Source: Bdellovibrionales bacterium
GTDB taxonomy: Bacteria; Bdellovibrionota; Bdellovibrionia; Bdellovibrionales; JAGQZY01
DNA length: 18,878 nt
Reading direction: 5' to 3'
Assembly (NCBI GenBank): GCA_031426555.1
Contig: JANPLN010000041.1
Location: 1 to 18,878 of the forward strand
Part shown: one piece after another, positions 16,501 to 18,878 of the stretch
How the letters are laid out: each line of letters opens with the position of its first letter
Position numbering within the stretch: the first letter of the stretch is position 1
Position numbers and translations under genes: made by a program
The notes under the pieces: generated by a model
The model's database searches: none
Told to the model about the DNA's origin: nothing
What the model saw: the letters and a program-made list of their open reading frames with translations, nothing else

Positions 16501-18877
16501 GCACCGTGAGCGGCGTTGCGCTCACCGGCCCGTGCAGCGTTCGCTCTTCGGTGGTGGAAATATCTTCGAGCTTGTAATAGTAAGCCACAGAGTTATCCAC
16601 ATCTTCGTCGATAAAAGCATAGGTGCCGTGCAAATTTGCACTAAATAGATCGTTGCGTATCAGCTCTGAGTTGATTTGCACATAACCCGAAGATGGAGAC
16701 AAACTTCTAAAAACATTAAAGCCTTTATGCAACCACTCAATGCCCGTTGTCCATTCTAGGACAACTTGCCCGTTGAAAGGTGTGGCTTTGAATTCCGTGA
16801 GCGACACTGGAGAATTTGCTGTATCAATAACGATATTGCAATTGGTTTCGGAAATCTTGGCGTTGGTGTTAGTTGTAGTGTACGGCCAAAAATCACCGAA
16901 CCATTGGTCGAAGGTCACAGTTCGACTGCTACAGCCTGAGGAAAATCCTAAAAAGTACGATGTGGCTTGTGAAGGGACGGAGTTGCCGCTGGCCCAGTAC
17001 CAACCAAAGTTAGAAATGGTCGACGGCAACGATCCGGTCGTGTTCAATTGAATCGCCCGCATACCCGCGGTGCTCGGCAAGCTTCGCAACTGACCACCGT
17101 TAATTTGTGTGACGTTGGTTGTACCGCCAATATTCAAACCGCTGGTTCCTAACCATTCAAAAACAAAACCCACAAGATTGAGAGTTCCTGAGGTGGCGGT
17201 GAAATTCCAAGTGCCGGTGGATTGCCGTGTGAAGGTGCCCTTATTCGATAACGATTGTGGATAAACGTCGTTGGTGCCGGTTGTCGCTATTGTACCGCCA
17301 CTCAGGGTGATTGTTTGCCCGCTACCAACTTGAACCGTTCCTCCGGAGGAAACCGAAAGCGTTCCTGCACTCACCGTCATTCCCGCTGGGACCACCAGGG
17401 TTTTGCTGTTAGGAACCGTAAAGGTAAAATTACTACCTGCAGACATATTAAGAAGGCTGCTCACCGTCAGCGAGGCGCTGCCGATTTCTACCGAACCGCC
17501 TGCTGTTTTGTTGAAGGCCAGGGAGGTTAACGCCGACGAGCTGCTCACCGTTTGCGACGTAGACACCACACCATCATCGCGAATTGTTAAAGGAAAAGCA
17601 CCTTGAGTGAAGGTTCCGGTATTTTCGAAGGATCCATAAACTTGCAAGGCTCCGCCTGTCATGGTGAGAATACCCGTACCGATGGTGATGGATTTGCAAG
17701 ATTGCGTACCTGTAGAGATGATCGGATCGTTGGCGGCATCGTTGATCACGCAATTGAGCGCACTTGTCGGCAAGCCGCCGTTCCAGTTTCCTGCCAAGGC
17801 CCAAGCCGTACTTGTCGCTCCTGTCCAGTACGTGGTGGTTCCAACGATGGATGTGGTGCCCAAGTTAACGGCAGGAGCAAAGGACCCGTTAAAGGCATAG
17901 CTTTGTGAGTTCGTAACATGGGATGAAGAATTTATTTCGGCTCCCACGGTGGCCCCATTTGTCGCGGTGGAACTCAGTGAGTAAGTCACATAGAAGCAGC
18001 GTTTGGGAGGAGTGGTTACATTGGCTTGAACTGTAGCACCGGTAATAGAACTAAAATCTGCTCGAGCAGGACTTCCACTGAAGGTTTGTGTCCCCACAAG
18101 TGTTCCACCACTACCTGTGCATGCCGAATCATAGAAAAGACTGGCACTGTTCACGTCGGAGGCCGAACCTGTTCCGGTTAAGGTGATGCGCATGTAAGTA
18201 ATATCGGTGTTTGAAAAAGCACCGGCGCTGGTTTGTTTAAAACCAAATCGACCCATGTTAACCACCGCACCTTGATTGCTGGATGCCGGAGCTACTGCTT
18301 CTTGGGTTAGATCGAGAGTGTTCACCGCAGCTCCCCAGCTTACAATATAATTCACCGCAGTTGAAAAAGAGAGACCCGTCATGTCTCCAGAATAATTGGA
18401 AACTGTCAAAGTTCCTGCGCCCGTATTTGTAGAAATACTGCGTGCCCCAGTGACTGCTGAACCGCCAGTGGAAAAAGTCATAGAATCTAAGGTGTTGCCC
18501 GGCACTTGACGAAGAAGTCGTAAGAAGAAAGCATTGTTAACCCCAGGATAACTGTAGCTACCGTTCTGAAGTTGGTTAGTGGCGTTGATCGTGGCTCCGG
18601 AATTGATGGTCAATCCTGTGAGACCTAAATTTTGTAAAGAGTAATATCTGGCGCTGATGGTTCCACTCACGTTAATCACGTAACTGCTCGCCGTGTTTGG
18701 TGAACGAATGTTCGCTGCACTGGAGGACGTGCCCACAAACTCAAGCGTTCCACCCAAGGCCACTGTCATCGTTGTTCCGTTGGCCATCACGAGTGTGGCC
18801 CCAGGTTCAATATCTAAGACGGCAGGGCTGTTCACGTTGATGCCACCGTTTACTGTGAGAGTCACTCCAGAGGCAAT
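13538..18877 (-). CDS. Giant secreted/surface protein with a C-terminal peptidase C25 (gingipain/PorU-like) domain and a Gly-rich/Cys C-terminal sorting signal; 5'-truncated by the window edge
   Basis: Open to the window end (IASG-VTLTV...). Thr/Gly/Ser-rich beta-solenoid-like region; PVSLTEFKATP..VLEWTT..E....GFNVFRS module; C25-propeptide-like segment; LKIGVAADGVYELTY; LESIYNEFG, YYILLGDGTYDPK, SDNWY, VGRIP, YMGHG (His), MNCLN (Cys), IIGDP; ends SSGGGSSGCSL...hydrophobic helix...IRKLRKKLG. Confidence 0.88.
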   Translation of the reverse strand: MASGVTLTVNGGINVNSPAVLDIEPGATLVMANGTTMTVALGGTLEFVGTSSSAANIRSPNTASSYVINVSGTISARYYSLQNLGLTGLTINSGATINATNQLQNGSYSYPGVNNAFFLRLLRQVPGNTLDSMTFSTGGSAVTGARSISTNTGAGTLTVSNYSGDMTGLSFSTAVNYIVSWGAAVNTLDLTQEAVAPASSNQGAVVNMGRFGFKQTSAGAFSNTDITYMRITLTGTGSASDVNSASLFYDSACTGSGGTLVGTQTFSGSPARADFSSITGATVQANVTTPPKRCFYVTYSLSSTATNGATVGAEINSSSHVTNSQSYAFNGSFAPAVNLGTTSIVGTTTYWTGATSTAWALAGNWNGGLPTSALNCVINDAANDPIISTGTQSCKSITIGTGILTMTGGALQVYGSFENTGTFTQGAFPLTIRDDGVVSTSQTVSSSSALTSLAFNKTAGGSVEIGSASLTVSSLLNMSAGSNFTFTVPNSKTLVVPAGMTVSAGTLSVSSGGTVQVGSGQTITLSGGTIATTGTNDVYPQSLSNKGTFTRQSTGTWNFTATSGTLNLVGFVFEWLGTSGLNIGGTTNVTQINGGQLRSLPSTAGMRAIQLNTTGSLPSTISNFGWYWASGNSVPSQATSYFLGFSSGCSSRTVTFDQWFGDFWPYTTTNTNAKISETNCNIVIDTANSPVSLTEFKATPFNGQVVLEWTTGIEWLHKGFNVFRSLSPSSGYVQINSELIRNDLFSANLHGTYAFIDEDVDNSVAYYYKLEDISTTEERTLHGPVSATPLTVLSAAPPPLASTIVSSNPSGSQSSGGQAPADATPGLVVLEPNITLLSKTQNAYRIKITIPNYQLSAHDTYPSYKQLSVPLYSRSVQAGDPELLQRTFMLKIDKATSAQMNVVSEVSSVASSVLVAPAPRWVVSGNHFIEQWTLNTSAYANNTYIPAQPISLGTILNDQGQYYLPVVISPLSYQANAQNLKKYDEIVLDVFLDSSSSWVPTQPVAVNEAWGLPGSLKIGVAADGVYELTYDQMYAAGVINPFDHADVGQFKMYFLNQEHAIEVESTSGYFSSGDKIRFFAPHTETLESRLSYMLLVNDVLAVTPGLRMSAVDVSNFSGQASQVASFMNRIHLEQNNVAVFNEPYDQDMDLFVWGMYYGISGGARVGLTTDVVLANLDTQRPVLVQALVKSRRNGANNYINTLQLRVNDVPVAKQTFSGSNVQIVNLSVPSNYFAPGLNRITLEPTGENLIAGEYDMMYINSVDISYYQNWQAVDDQILIMNHQVNTDLVVDGFSSAQVKVYDLSLFGQPALWTNSATAPTSMGFAMQFNTQSDPQQGRRIFASTQTELLSATSLQLNYGSDLLDPASEADVVYVGTEELLDSVQPLAALREQQGYKVKLVTLESIYNEFGQGLVNIDSIRDFFIYAHTSWAVKPKYYILLGDGTYDPKAYQNSEIKNRFPVKLIQGVAFNYGSDNWYVTQAEDTAPFAVVGRIPAQTSVQLSAYVQKVLQYEAGQSKPQNTRLTVLTDKPLNQGEDFDQLTDELALGVQSWNANMTLDKIKRSQFSDADFKTQIMTSFDNSSLIHYMGHGAENMWADANVFSNNDIDVLQNTHFPVVTAMNCLNALYYDPALESFAEKLVMKKDGGAIAFWGSTSMTPPSVQSVYQKAFYERLLSSSNSATSSVGDAVKISKLQAHQQSPFKEVMMSWTIIGDPMVKPAIAQAPATPAAPSSGGGSSGCSLNAAYGSQNHQTPWDLVFALCLESLVAWVMIRKLRKKLG

Positions 18878-18878
18878 G

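Noticed and set aside
9700..18878. Peptide cluster as a mobile island
   Set aside because: No integrase, transposase, tRNA or flanking direct repeats were seen, no compositional break is obvious by eye, and it shares an intergenic palindrome with the left half.

Overview
Gene-dense bacterial window, probably Bdellovibrionota (inferred from the 'FFQNC/FLNC' lipoprotein signals, the secreted hydrolases and the AAAGGTAC-N3-GTACCTTT intergenic palindromes). The left half is mostly housekeeping and secreted enzymes: a 5'-truncated S1/P1-type nuclease, a trypsin-like protease, an alginate-lyase-like lipoprotein, a zapA-ygfA-rny-[2Fe-2S ferredoxin]-iscA string, a Tat-exported HiPIP, a di-haem cytochrome c lipoprotein and a DsbA-like lipoprotein. 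The right half (9.8-18.9 kb) holds the most interesting signal, an apparent uncharacterised RiPP-like peptide-modification system. A 58-aa ORF at 13275-13451 (+), missed by the ORF track, has a KKKYQKPRIQSE leader, two Cys and a C-terminal Ser. It sits divergently from a translationally coupled operon (HPr-kinase-like protein, radical SAM/SPASM enzyme, S26 peptidase), with a convergent nucleotidyltransferase beyond it. On its other side is a >1775-aa surface protein carrying an intact PorU/gingipain-like C25 protease domain and a Gly-rich/Cys C-terminal sorting signal. No rRNA, tRNA, CRISPR array or mobile element was seen. All assignments come from motifs read by eye; no searches were run.
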